From Camelus dromedarius (taxonomy: Eukaryota), in contig NC_087437.1 of the NCBI RefSeq assembly GCF_036321535.1, forward strand, positions 23,686,001 through 23,750,000: a DNA stretch of 64,000 nucleotides, in the 5' to 3' direction. Every line of letters begins with the position of its first letter. Position 1 is the first letter of the stretch. Below the pieces are notes generated by a model, which was given only the letters and a program-made list of their open reading frames with translations, had not been told where the DNA came from and did no database searches. Made by a program: the position numbers and the translations under genes. Shown here piece by piece: positions 1-12,925 of the stretch.

Positions 1-59
1 CAAAACAATCTTACTTTAATTGCATTTTTTTGATAATTTGTGTGGCTGACAATCTTCAT

Positions 60-1260
60 ATTACTTATACTTTGCATTTTTCTTACTTTGAATTGACTTT
101 TTTCTCAAATTGGATTGTTGATTGTAGAAGTTCTTAATGAGAGTTCTAGGCATATTAGTATAGTTAGCTCTTTTTCTGTTAACAATTTCCATTTGTATGT
201 TTGGTTTTGTTTTCATGCAAATATTGAGAATCATGTCCCTATCTAAATGGGGTCTAGGTTTTTTTTTTATCAGTCTCAAAAGTGCTTTCCCACATGCCAT
301 GCTCACAAATGTTCATTCAAGTGTTCTTTTACTTTCAGGTTTCATATATTAAGATTTAACTTAGTAAACCATCTAGATTTCACTTGTATGTTAATAGTGA
401 GGGAAAGTTCAAGTTTTACTATTAGGTTTTTCAAATGAATACCTGATTGTCCAAACAAGATCAATTTAATGTTATTTCTTCCCCATTCTCTGATTTAAAA
501 TGTATGCTTACCAAATGTCTGCTTTCCTTTTATTCTTAAATGTCTCTTCAGTTTCCTCAATTCTGGTAGTACCCTATTCCCTATAATACGGCCTTTTAAT
601 CACTATAGTTTCATAATATCTTTCATTATATAGTAAAATCTCCATATATATGTACATTTTTCTTTGAATTGAAAGCTTCCTGGCAAGCGTGTTTTTCCAC
701 TTGAGCTAAACAGTTGCTTTAAAAACAAATTCGGATATAACTATTTAATTTATATGTTCTTTTAGAGAAATTTTCGTCTAGAAAAATGTTACGTGTTTTA
801 TTATACTTTTACCTATACATTCCCATACACACATTTAATACATTTTCAATAGGTCCCTAATGTTTTATGTCTTTTTTAAAAATAGGTTTTTCAATTTTGT
901 ATTATTTCATGCTAAATCGAATGGTTTATTTTCTATTTTCTAGTCGTATTTATATAAATAACATCTATGAATATCTGTAAATTACGGTTAGACGCAATTT
1001 GACACTTCACTAAATTCTCTTACTGCTTCTGTGAGATTTTCAGTTGTTTTCTGTTAAGTATTCAAGTTACACAATCACTCCATGAGCAAAATTGTGAAAA
1101 TGCTGTTTTCTTTCCTAATCAGAATGTTAACGTGTTCTCCTGTCTGATGCCTCTGGCCTATACCACTCAACAGTGTCAGAGTACGGAAATGATGCCCGTG
1201 ATAGCGAGATAGATGTAGGTTATCTTTCTACTCCTCAAGTAGTTAACACCCAATTTAAAA
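60..1260 (-). mobile_element. Old, degraded L1 (ORF2/3' region) fragments
   Basis: T-rich strand with decayed antisense L1-like motifs (e.g. ttttctttcctaatc...ctctggcctatacc). Confidence 0.5.
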
Positions 1261-1539
1261 TATTGAAGCCATACCCCTTTAAGTAGGTGGGAAACCAGCC
1301 TTAGTGCATCATATCTTCATCCGTACTAGTCTGGGTGGCTACATTTTATATGTGCAACATAACATTTAGAACTCAACTAAACTGTAGACCGTAAGGGAAG
1401 ACCAAAAATTAAATGAAAGAAAATTCTAAGTCTTGAAATATAAACGTTTTATTTTATAAAAACAAAGCAACTGCACCCCGAAATAAATCACACCCAGGTG
1501 TGATTGCTGAAGGTTCAAGTGAGAGACGGGCTCTCTCCA

Positions 1540-2750
1540 GTTACCCCCGCCCGACTCGTACAGTGATATCAAACCCTTTTACCTGGCCCTGAGTCGGCCT
1601 GGCCCGGGTCCCTGAGAGCAGCGCGGAGGGAGCGCCCGCCAGAGACCCGGCCTGCGGGGCAGAAACGCGCGGGTGGCGGGCGACCCCGGGAGACGCGCGT
1701 TCCGCGCGCAGGAGACGCGGGAAAGAGGCGCAGCGCAGCCGGGCAGCGCAGCCAGCGCTGCGGAGCGCGCTTCTGCGCCGGCGGAACCGTCTCACCAACA
1801 CGGCCTGGGTCCCGGGGCCTCGGCCGCCGACTCCAGATCCACGAGGCCCCGACTTCGACCCAGCCCCGGAGGCCGCTCGCTGCCGGGCCCGCCTCGTCCC
1901 CGGGTAGACGCGCACTGGGCGCCCGGGGACTTCGGCAACCACCTGAGGATGCAGCGCGGGGGGCGAGGCGGGCTGGGGTCTGCCAGCCCAGGACGCCGCG
2001 CGCCCCTCGCCCGCCGGCCGAGGTATCTCCTCGGGACCCCTCCCCGCCCGGCCCCACTCACCGCCCAGCCTGCCGTCAGCTCGGCACCCACGACGCCAGG
2101 CCTGGGGTCTGATTTTATCCGCGGAGAAGCCGAAAGGGGAAGAGAGAGGAAAGGGAAGGGAAGGGTGAGGAAAGGAAAGGAAGAGGAGGATTTTGAAATT
2201 AAAAACAAAATAGAGCCCGAGGGGGAGAGGCGCGCGGGGTCGGGGGCGTGGTCCCGAGGGCTCGGACCCTCCCGGGGACGCCGGCCCCCGCCTCGCCCCG
2301 CCCCCGCGCGCCGAGCTCCAGGCCGCGGGTCGAGCTGAGGGGGAGGCGCGGGCCGCCTCTGGAGCCGGCTCCCAGGTGAAGAACTCCGAGGACCGGAGAT
2401 GAGGAAAAGCAAGTTGTCACAGCTCTCAGGTGAGGTGAAGAAAGAGAGCAAGCCAGCGGTTGCTTCTAATCAGAGAGGCACGTTCTAGAGCCTGTGAGGC
2501 AGGGCTTTGGGGAGATTTCAGGAGAGGAAAGGAAACGAAGAAACCTCTCTCGTAAGAGCCCTGATAATTTGCATCTGTCCCTCCCCCAGGCCCTTGGCTC
2601 GGAGAGCTGGCCTTGGCGAGGCGGTGCTGGCTGGAAACACTCGGGCGCGGGGCCCAGGCGGTTTTCTTTTCCACAGGATTGGAGGAGCCAATTTGATGTT
2701 GGGGGGATGGAGGGAGCACGCCAGGAAAGAGGGGCGCGGGAACAATGTTA
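1540..2750 (-). promoter_or_regulatory. CpG island; probable promoter and non-coding first exon(s) of a minus-strand gene running off the left edge (likely PLSCR4 by synteny)
   Basis: Abrupt GC/CpG-rich stretch in AT-rich DNA. GC boxes (ccccgccc at about 2042 and 2296), CCAAT at 2688, and minus-strand donor-like sites GCG|GTGAGT (2062/2061), TTG|GTGAGA (1796/1795) and CAG|GTAAAA (1583/1582). The gene identity is inferred from recalled cluster order only. Confidence 0.75.
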
Positions 2751-2952
2751 CCAGTGTTTTCTGACATTAGGAGAAAATGCCATTTGGTAGGTTCCGTTAT
2801 TAGACACTAATGGTGTTTTCAGACTAATGTGGTTCAGGTCTGTGGTCCATGGGGAGGAGCACAATCCACTGACAGGAACTGGGAGAATCTAGATGTACCT
2901 ACCTTTTAAAGACTAAGAACTGGACAGGGGTAAATTACATTAAGATTGGAAG

Positions 2953-3180
2953 AGTATTTGGCAGTGCCCCACTATGGAAGTTTGGATAAATCAGAAGGCT
3001 TATGGGAGTGGAGTTCTGGAACTTTCTATTTTCCTTTGTACGTATGCTATTTGCTAGTATGCATGTGAAACAAATTTTAAAAATTCATATTGTATTTCTC
3101 AGTAGTAATTACACAGGACATTACCCAAATACCGAAATAATGTACTGAAAGCATAAAACAAAGTGGCGCCCAAACTATAG
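2953..3180 (+). repeat. Duplication block A (copy at about 26308-26530)
   Basis: gtatttggcagt.ccccactatgg...aagtttggataaatcagaag.cttatgggagtggagttctggaactt is shared by both positions. Confidence 0.9.
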
Positions 3181-5414
3181 CTAAATATACTATTTATTAC
3201 CTTTTTTGTGTGTTGAATTCCACCAAACTTTATTTTTAATTTTTTAACACCTTTATTGTGGTTTCTGTACAATATCAGCTTTGTTTTAAATTAATGAAGG
3301 TGATTCAGACATTGAGTTTATGAATGCAAACATCCACAATGGTCACATGAATGATCCCCAGTAATTCAAGAGTGAAACATGTCTTGTGAAACATTATGCT
3401 TTGGAGATATTGTGGATAATACATTGTAGAGATTCTAAATTCTGTCTTCCTCTGAAAGAAGATTCATTATTTTCTGGCAAGCAGTTGAAGGCTGATTATC
3501 TTTAACCTCTGGAAACTTTGGTTGATACTTTGTTAAGGCCAGTCTATCACATGCCTGAAGATTTTACCAAAGCTGTATGTCCTTGGCAGTACTCAAATTC
3601 CAACCTCTATTTCCTTGCAGTGCACAGCAACTGAAATCTCTGTTCAGTCCTTTCAACTGCTACTTTCTGCTGGCGTCATTGGAGCCTCCCTAGCACGTGC
3701 ATAGTTCCCGTCAGTCAGGGATTTGAGGGCTGTTTGTAGGTAGGTATTAATGTTCTTCACCCTACTTTCTGAGATTACCCTCAATGTACAGCGAACCTGG
3801 CAGCCTGAAATCTCTTAACTGACATCGCGAGTGAATATGAGAGCGTATTTTGCTTGAATTCTACCTGCCCTGCCCCTGAGGACTGGGGAATGCCCACAGG
3901 GGCAAGGCTGTAAACGTGGATCTCACTCAGTGATTATCATTCATTTCTTTAAACTGGTCAAATCCCTACAGTTTCTGTTTGATTTTTACTGCTCTCTAGT
4001 GTCTTCAAATAGTTGTTTACATATTTCTTCCATAGTTATCTGTGGGAGAGTTATTCCAATGTAGGCTACCTTAGCATTATTGAAAGCCTAATTATCACAC
4101 GCTCATAGCATTTTAAAGGAGTTCATTGCTACGTAAGCCAAACTGTCAGAAAGCTCTTTTTATTAAACAAAATATATATCCATAGGATATCTTTGTTGTT
4201 TCTTGATTCTATGTTCCAAAGAGGAATATATTTCTTACTTTAATTAGTAATCCTGTAAGTTCATGTAAGTAGTTCTCCACTTTTCCTCACATATTTTATT
4301 CCTAAGACTGAACACCCTTCTTTCTCTTTGCTATTTCTGTCTGCCGTGATTGCAGATTCCTTACACTGAGATTACCTTCCTTAGAATGTTTCATTACCTT
4401 CTAGTATTTGGTCTGATATTTATACAATACAGTGAAATCCATAGGGCTCTACTAATGAGGCCCAATTTTAGTAGCTTTATTGGCGTATCAATCACTTATA
4501 TTTGTGGTAATTAAACCCCAAAATTAGTTACCATGGAGTCAGTTTTTTCCACTGTATATTAGGGAAATTATTATAATTGTTAGAATTTGGTATATGACCT
4601 TTTATTTCCTGACCTCAATTCTTTAGTCCAGTAAGGTCTATGTTTAAAGGTTAAGGGAAATGAAACCCAAAGAATTTTAACAAAGGAGCACACAAAGATA
4701 ATAAGTGAGAGCAGGTTGAAGGTGGGGGTAGAGAGAAATGAGATGGTAGGAGAGAGGCTCTTTCAAGCAACTAAAGTAATGGCTTGAAGTTTTGCCAGCA
4801 AACAATGTAAGGTGAATTGTCCACAGTTTTAAATGCTGATTCCCTTCAATATTTTTGTAGTCAAAGAACTTGATGGCTTCCACAGTGTTTATGGATTTTA
4901 ATACAGACCAAGATGATAAACTTTCCTTCCAGCTAATTAATGTGAGGACAGTATTTGGATGGTGGGAAACATTTCTGTTTCTGGGCAGCATTAGATATGA
5001 ACAGGATGGCAGCAATAATATGTTTTAGGGTGAAGTTTCTCATTCTCATATTTCTCCTTATGGATGGACTTGACTCAAGTGTTATTATATTTTGAACTAG
5101 CTTCTCTGGCACATTGTCCAGGAATCATCAGTGAAAACAAAGATCTTTGTAATAAAATTGTTTCTTTCTAGAGCCCCTATAATGAAAGTCTTTTACTCTC
5201 TTAGGAATGCTCCTGGCTGGTGTAGGGCTAATTCAGGGGAGCCTCACCCAGGAACACATTCCATGGCAATTTACAATACAATCTGAGTAGACATGTATAG
5301 GAATATCATCAAGCCAGCTCTTTAAAGCTACAGATACGGTGTCTGTACGGGCAACTGATTTTTGAATTTAGAAACACAAACTCACATTGTGACTATATAA
5401 TTTAATCATCTTCA

Positions 5415-5789
5415 TGTTAAAAAAGAGAGAAAGAAAGAAAGAAAGACAGACAGACAGACAAAAAAAGGAACCAAACAGAATCCTCAGTTAAGTAGAGTCA
5501 GGAGAGAAGAACAGGGAGCTCTTGTGCCCTGTGACTATAGCAAAGCCCAACAAGAAGAAAGACTCCCCTTCTTTCCCGGCAAGGACCAAGCCAATGAAAA
5601 GCCACGGACACTTTGTTTACTGTAGCCCTCCCCACTTCCTTTTTCTCTCTGTAAAAGTTTTCTGCACCCCTTGTTGTGCAGGGACTTGCACATGGCTTGC
5701 CTGACCCTGAAATGCAATTCCCTGCTGATCCCAAATAAACCAGTAGTTGCTAGAGAACTATCTGGCAGTGTGTCTTTTTTAGGTCAACA
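5415..5789 (+). mobile_element. 5' LTR of class I ERV remnant
   Basis: TGTTAA...TCAACA termini, CCAAT and AATAAA inside, followed at 5790 by PBS-like ttttggtggtccctatgggga. Confidence 0.75.
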
Positions 5790-8000
5790 TTTTGGTGGTC
5801 CCTATGGGGACCAGAGAAGAACCCCAAGGCTCTGGGTCTTGTGATTAAACAGGTGTGATACCCACCATTAAGCCTACTGAGCTTGCTGCTGTTCTCGCCA
5901 ACCCTGAAATTTGAAGGTCCGCCTTTATCCTGGATCTGAACTCAAGCCTTCTTTGCATTTAAAGCTCTTTAGGCTTTATTTAGGATCTATTTTAAGGTTT
6001 TGCCTTCTCACTAAGGCCTATTCTGTATGTAAACATCTGTATGTATTTCGCACTTGGATCTGATTTTGAGATCAAACTGTCTCAACCAAGGCTGGCTGAG
6101 AAGGTATCAGCCCATTCCTTCAGGAACAGGAACTGCTTCACTGAAACTGTGCCACTTCAGCCATCCTTTGGAATAGGGGCTGTTCTTTGGAAAGTGGCTG
6201 GAAAAGCCTTCGCCTGGATTCTCTAGGACCAAGGTGTTACCTTAGTATTCCCACCTGAAGTAAATTCTTTTTTGTTTGTTTGTTTGTTTTAATTCTTTTT
6301 TATATTTTTAAAATTTTTATTTTGGGGGGAGGTAATTAAGTTTTTGTGTTTTTTTTAATGGAGGTATTGGGAATTGAACCCAGGACCTCATGCATTCTAG
6401 GCAGACACTCTACCACTGAGCTATACCCTCCCCCCTGAAGTAAATTTTTACTGAAATTGATTTATGCAGAGCATTCTTTAATATTTCAGTTAATGAAGCT
6501 AGCCATTACATTTTACCTTTACTTGGGAAGAAAAACAGTTCACCTGTACATGAATACCTCAGGGTTATATAGAGAGTCCTTGTTATTTCTCTCAAATCCC
6601 AAAGGCTTATCTGGATGATGTAAAGTTTCTTAGAGTTTCTTCTTTGTTGCAATATGTGGATGATTTGCTTCTTCGCTCTCCATCTCAAGCCTTTTCACAA
6701 GAAGACAGCATCCACTTGCTAAAGCTTTTAGCCCCAAAGGGACATAAGATTTCCAAAGAAAAATTGCAATTTGCCCAAACCCAGGTTTGATATTTAGGGT
6801 GTCTTGAATAATGGTTACACCTAGATTCAAGTAGACTTCGTGGTGTCCTAAGATTCCCCAACCCAAAATGAAATACCAACTGTGAGGTTTTCTTGGGATA
6901 GTTGGATATTGTCAAAATTGGATTCCAAATTTTTCCTTGTGGCCAATCCTCTGTATGCTTTAGTGAAAAATAATAACCCTGACCCAATTTTTGGGGAGGA
7001 ACCAAACAGCTTAGCCTTCCAGGCCTTAAAGGAGAATTACATGAACCCACCTGCCCTAGGGCACCCCAATTATCAGATTCCTTTTTCCTTTTCGTATATG
7101 AAAAGGAGGGAATACCCTTGGGGTACTCACCCAAAAGCATAGGGACTATCATTGACCCATAGGAGCTCATAGCCAGCAACTGGACCCTGTAGCATGCAGA
7201 TACCCCCTTGCCTTAGAGACATTTGGTACCATTGCCCTTTTGGTTAAGATCACCAAGAAAAATCACTGTGAGATCCTCTATAATCATTTTTGTACTTCAT
7301 GCAGTAGAACCTCTCCTGAAATCTCATTACACTCAACATTTCTCAGTCAACTACCTCACCTCCATTAAAATTCTGTTGTTGGCTGCTCCTCACTTAACTC
7401 TTTTATGGTGCAGTAACCTTAACCCTGCTACTATTTCCCCCTCGATCACTGGCAGTGTCCCTTAATGCCGATGGACCACCTCCTGACTCCTCATCATGAT
7501 CTGCAGGAAATTCCTTTGAGTAAGGCTGACTTCTCATGGTTTGCTGATGGTACTTTATTAAAAGGTGACAATGGCAAATATTGTGCTAGGTATGACATTG
7601 CAACTCCTCTTGATATGGTTGAGGCAGCATCTTTATCTATGGCTACTTCAGCCCAACAGGCTAAACTATACACTCTTATAGGGGCTTGTACTTTAGCCAA
7701 GGGTGAAATTACCAGTGTTTGTACTGAGAGTAGATGTGCTTTTGGAGTATTTCATCATTTGGGATATTGTGGAAGCAATGTGGCTTCAATACTTCCAGCA
7801 GAAATAAAATTTAAAATGGCCCATATGTTCAGAAATTTTGGGATGCAATTTTTTTACCTGCCACTTTAGCCATTATTAAGATTATGGGCATTCTAAACTT
7901 GACTCTCTGAAAGATATGGGTAACCATGTCGCCAATATTTCTGCAGGGAATGCTGCCTTTATGAGACCAAGGTAGCCAAATTTCTGTCATGGTACAATTA
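5790..8000 (+). mobile_element. Degenerate class I (gamma-like) ERV internal region: RT and RNase H remnants
   Basis: LLQYVDDLLL RT motif (YVDD at 6653-6664). RNase H-like DLQEIPLSKADFSWFADG...SAQQAKLYTL in ORF 7465-7869. Many frameshifts and stops; gag and env not recognisable. Confidence 0.85.
6267..6434 (-). mobile_element. tRNA-derived SINE (camelid vic-1-like) inserted in the ERV
   Basis: Minus strand gggagggtatagctcagtggtagag...ggttcaattccc (A and B boxes) with an A-rich tail. TSD ctgaagtaaatt at 6255-6266 and 6435-6446. Confidence 0.88.
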
Positions 8001-8260
8001 CTGAAAATATTGATTATTGAATTTCTGTCATCCTGGAGATTGGCCTCTGGTAGTGACTTCTTGGATTCTTTATTTATCCCAACATTTGTATCAGTGACAT
8101 GAAGGTAGACATAGAAGAGCAGGATTATCAAATTTTGCATGACAAAAATCAATGAAAAAACGGTAACATGATAGGTTAACAGAATACAGATTAAAATTAA
8201 CCCTAATAGGCTACATCTGATTTCAGTCATAAGGCTGAGAAGCTAAGTGGGCTTAATAAA

Positions 8261-8470
8261 TGTTGAACTAAAACAGACTCAGGTATTTCTTCAGCAAAGA
8301 TGGGTTTATTCTGGATCAGCAGTTTGGGATCTGCTACCATGGGGAGCCACATGCAAGTTCCCACACAACAAAGGAAGGAGAATATTTTATAGAGGGAAAA
8401 AGGAAATTTGGAGGGCTATGGTAAACCTTCGGCTTTTCACAGGCTATGTGTCCTTGCCAGGGAAGAAGAG
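8261..8470 (-). mobile_element. Partial LTR related to 5415-5789, in inverted orientation
   Basis: tgttgaactaaaa...ggtttattctggatcagcag...gagggctatggtaaac...ggcttttca...tccttgccagggaagaag is the reverse complement of the 3' half of the first LTR, with divergence. Confidence 0.75.
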
Positions 8471-8954
8471 ATTTTAGATTCAATGATATGAGTGTTAATG
8501 TTGTAGCTAAAGACCTAAGAGTTGATCATTATCCTTAAATGTGGATAAAAATTTAAAAACTTATTACTGGAGCCCTTTTTTGTTTAGTGTTTGTATGCAA
8601 AGTGAATTATTTGCTAATTTAATTTTTTTGCTGACTCAGCTACTGACATTTTATGAATATATTGAAGAATGTGAATTTGTGGGGGTAAGTTGCAGAGCTT
8701 TTTAAAAAATATATATATAGAACTATTTTTTAGAGCAGTTTTAGGTTTACAACAAAATTAAGAGGGAGGTACAGAGATTTCCCATACACCTCCTGCCCCT
8801 ACACATGCATAGCCTTCCGTATTACCAACATCACTCACCAGAATGGTACATATTTTCACTAAGAAGGATGAACCTATATTGACACATCATGAGCACCCAA
8901 ATTCCATAGTTTACTTTAGTGTTCACTCTTGATATTATATATTCTGCAGGTTTG

Positions 8955-9442
8955 TGTTACCGACCAAACTTAGGTCCACTTGCCCACTCAAGTAAAGCCA
9001 ATCTGTTGACACCAGGTTGTGAAGGAAAGTACAGGGTTTGTTGCAAGGCACAAGGCAAGGAATTCAGGGCAGCTAATGCTCAAAACACCAGAATTCCCCA
9101 TGGGTTTCAGGAGGCATTTTTAAAGGCAAGGCGGGGGAGCGGAGTCTCAGGGTATGTGCTCAGCTTGTGCACAGTTCTCTGATTGATTGATGGTGAGGTA
9201 ACAGGGCGATGTCACAGGGGTTAGCATTAATCCTTAGGCTCCAGTAGGTCTGGGGGATTCTGTGCTCGTGGTCATCAAGTAGTTAACTTCTTCCATTTGG
9301 TGATGGTTTTAGCATCTGTAAAACAACTCCGGAAGTGTGCCTCAGATACTGTTGTCTAGGTACTTCAGAGAGGAGCTGCAGCAGAGGACACGGTGGGGAG
9401 GGCTCTATCCAGGAAGGCCCCAGGGGGTCCGGCTCACTTACA
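8955..9442 (-). mobile_element. Solo LTR (ERV1-class) inserted in an old L1 3' end
   Basis: TGTTAC...TTACA termini with 4-bp TSD tttg (8951-8954, 9443-9446). Flanks rejoin as L1 3'UTR (ggtttg/gacaaat). Confidence 0.8.
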
Positions 9443-9649
9443 TTTGGACAAATATATAATGACATATATCCGTTATTATATCAAATACAGTATTTTCACT
9501 GTTCTAAAAATCCTCTGTGCCTCTGCCTGTTTCTCTCTCCCCGCTGTCCACTCCTGTCCCAGGAACTGCTAGCCTTTTTCACTTTCTCCAGTTTTGTCTC
9601 TTTCAGAGTGTCATATAGTTGTACGGAAGATTATGTTTAGTTTTGTAAG

Positions 9650-10319
9650 TGTAGTGTAAGCCCTGAGAGTTGGCTTTTCTTTCTGTAACATAACTTAGTT
9701 AAGTTCCTAACTTAAGCTTTGATTGCCAAGACATCTACTTCAAAGAGGTTATCTCAAATAATCACACTGCCAGCCACAAGACTAGATGAAGAGCCAGGAT
9801 GTGCCCCACATTCCTACCATGAGGTTTCCTTTTTCTAGAGATCCGGGTTGATTTAAATAACTGGCCATTTGTGCTGCTCCCCCCCACCCCAAACCTTTTC
9901 TCTCTTCCTGAGCTTCAAATTCTCACCTTTATGTTTTAAATTCACCAATAAATAGTGAGTCATCAAAACCCTAGACCCCTCCACCCACGACACTAATAAA
10001 AGCAGAACCCAGGCCCATGCCCACACTCTCCCTGTCTCTTTCTCTCTACCTGTGACCTCGTTGTGTGCCCCCTGGTATGCCTTGTACGCTCCAGGGCCTG
10101 TGAGTAATACATTCTTTTTTTTTTTCCCCAGTGTATCCTAATGATTATTACTGAAGGGAATCTTGCAACAATAAGAATCACAAGGGTCAGTCCAGTTGTT
10201 ACACTGTTTGGAAAGAAGAGGTGTCCATGGGAAGCTCACCCGGGATCCAGGTGAGTGTCTCCAGGTATTTTTAGCTGCTGGCATTGCTACCGACGGTAGA
10301 CTGAGATCAGCACAAAGCT
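9650..10319 (+). mobile_element. Probable solo LTR interrupting an L1 fragment
   Basis: Starts TG, contains LTR-like promoter and AATAAA-like motifs, flanked by gtaag direct repeats. Host L1 rejoins as tttagttttgtaag/aaatctccaaaatgtcttcc. Confidence 0.6.
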
Positions 10320-11784
10320 GTAAGAAATCTCCAAAATGTCTTCCAATGTGGATGTAGCATTTTGCATTTCAACCAGAAACGTATGAATTTTCCTGTTGTT
10401 CCACAATCTTGCCAAGCATTTGGTGTTGTCGGTGGTTTAGATTTTGGCCGTACCAGTAAGTGGGTAGTGATACCTCATTGCTGTTTTAATTTGCATTTTT
10501 CCGGACGACATGTGACGTGGAGCATCTCTTCATATGCTTATTTGCTGTGTGTATATCTTCTTTGGTGAGATACACGTTAAGCTCTTTGGCCCATTTTTTG
10601 ATTGGGATATTTGTTTTCTTATTGTGAAGTTTTGAGAGTTCTTTGTACATCCTGCATAACAGTTCTTTATCAGATACATCTTTTGAAAATATTTTCTTAT
10701 CTGTGGCTTGTCTTCTCATTCTCTTGACATTGTCTTTTACAGAGCAGAAATTTTTAAGTTTAATGAAGTCTAGCTTATCAACGATTTCTTTCATGGGTCT
10801 TGTCTTTGATGTTGCATCTAAAAAGGCATCACCACGCCCAAGGTCATCTAGGTTTTCTCCTGTGTTTCTAGGAGTTTTATAGTTTTGTGTTTACATTGAA
10901 GTCTGTGATTCCTATTTACCCACAGAGCAAACTGTTGGCATGGAAATCCCCAAAATGATGTTACATTCCACAGATTACTTTTGTAAATATGGCTTACCTA
11001 TTTAGATTTTAAATTAAGTGTGAATCTGTAATATTTTATACTTGGTATATATTTCAACTAGGTATGCTCTGAAATGTTATCATATTACACAAAGCAGAGG
11101 GCATGTTGGAATTATAAAAGGTGCCAATAATTTCAACTGAGTCTGCAGGGTGTTTGGCAAGGGGGAAGAATCTAAAAGCGTAAAATTTGAAAAGTTGAAG
11201 AAGGTTTGAATTTGAATTTATACAGCAAAAAATATCAACATGTTTTCATACATTGTTTGGAAAGCTAATAAATTTAGCCTTAAGAGCTCTGAATAGAACA
11301 AGGAAGGTGTAAGACACGTCCAGTCATTGTTCTGTCATCATTTCATTTATCACATATTTTTAACACATCTACCTCGAGCCATTTGTTTGGATTCCTGGGG
11401 AATCAAAATACGGGGCAAGTCTTGAAATAGTGCCTCCATTTGAAAGCACAAACTTAAGAAAAAACAAAAAAACCCACAACTTTTTTTGGACCTGTAGAAA
11501 AAACCAGAAATAACAAAACTGATTGATTCAGAAACATGTGATCTCTTACACCTGTGAAGTCATGAGGTCTGTTGGATCTACTTTTATGAAGTATAGACTT
11601 ACTTTCCTGAAGTTGTGTTCTAGATTCATTTTAATGTAATTAGCAAAGATGAAAAGCTGTATTACAAAATCCTCAGTTCCAACTGACCTGTTGAGACAGC
11701 AAAGAAAAAACAAGTTCCAGACTTGTTTCCGAGGCCATGAGCTTCTATGAGACAAGTACCCTAACGGTACTTGGATCTCTAACT

Positions 11785-12925
11785 CCCTATGTTGACATGT
11801 GAAATAGGAAATTTCAACAGAACTTTTGTAACTACATTTCCTTGTAATATTTTTGAAAAAGCATTTTCAATTTCATAGGTAAACTTAATTTTTACTAATT
11901 AAGTAATTATGTTTCCTTTAGTTAAGTTCTCTTTATTACTTTTTGTGAATAGACTTGTTTCTTCTGTGGTGCAGAGATGGCCACTGCTCAGTGGCAGCTG
12001 TCGTGTTCCTGGACCTCAGTTTACTTGGTGAATAGCCTTTTAGGGGGGCAGTGAGAGAGGGTGGAGGAATGGGGGATATGGAATGTGGACGCGTTAGGTG
12101 ATAAAAAGGGATATAATTTTTCTCTTTTGACTACCTAGGTGAAAATACACCCGAAGCTTTTCTAAGGTGTAAGAGTAAATCTGTTAATCTTTAAGCAAAA
12201 GTTTTGTCATCTTTGTAACTGTGGTCCATCAGACTATAAGCATAATCCCTTCCCATCTAATGTTCTTGAAACTAGTCCTTCCTTACATTTTGCCCACCAT
12301 TTAAAAAGCATTTAAGTTTGGCTTTTCAAAGCTTCTGAAGCTACAACTTGACCTGTTAGAAACACACACACACACGCACACACACATAATCAGTTTTATT
12401 TTCTGCCATGGGTGCTTTAGCCGCAAGTCTATATCCATCACTCCTCTGATGGGCTCTGTCAAAGGAGGGAGGTGTTTCAGCAGTGTCCCTGACACATCAT
12501 GCTTTCCACGAACATTAGAAAAGTGCTGATCTTGGCTTCATTTCATCTTATGTCAAGCCATAGTAGTAGCCATCATGTTACAGGATATTAGCACCCCCAA
12601 CAACTCTCTACATCTCAAAACAACTGGGTTTGGTCTGGTAAACAACACACATTGGTGATAAGAACCGGAGCCCTTTGAAGACAACAACTGTGCTGCACTG
12701 AGACCTTAAGGGAGTTTTGTATTCCCCGACCAGTACATCTAATTACCAGAATCTGAAATTACTGAGAGGAGCTAAGAGCATCACCCATTATTCCTTCTCC
12801 CCACCACTGCTTAAGAAGCATTAAGTGGATCTGAAGCATTTCTTCTTAGAAAGTCAAGTACCCATCTTTCTCCCAGAGTCAGGATAATTGTTCTCTTCCC
12901 CAACTGAGATCGAAAAAATGATGTT
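11785..12925 (+). repeat. Duplication block C (copy at about 31485-32575)
   Basis: Shared anchors include tcaaagcttctgaagcta, atgggct.tgtcaaagga, tgaaata.ga.atttcaaca and ctcaaaac.actgg.ttt. Confidence 0.85.

Larger units (their letters stand above)
8720..10910 (-). mobile_element. Old L1 3' region interrupted by two LTRs
   Basis: ORF 10486-10794 (-) DKLDFIKLKNFCSVKD...KKWAKELN...HMKRCSTS is the L1 ORF2 C-terminus; 3'UTR-like sequence at 8720-8950. Confidence 0.8.

Noticed and set aside
1540..2750. Calling the island the PLSCR1 promoter
   Set aside because: Only imperfect ISRE-like similarity and no coding exon in the window; recalled synteny favours PLSCR4, so no symbol was assigned.
1541..2790. 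Overlapping long ORFs (up to 221 aa) in several frames
   Set aside because: Stop-poor GC-rich CpG island giving Pro/Arg/Gly low-complexity translations with non-ATG starts and no domain.
6360..6434. tRNA-like sequence (also 59590-59662)
   Set aside because: Has an A-rich tail and TSDs, so it is a SINE head rather than a tRNA gene.
6560..7900. Possible domesticated retroviral pol gene
   Set aside because: Fragmented by frameshifts and stops; no continuous ORF.
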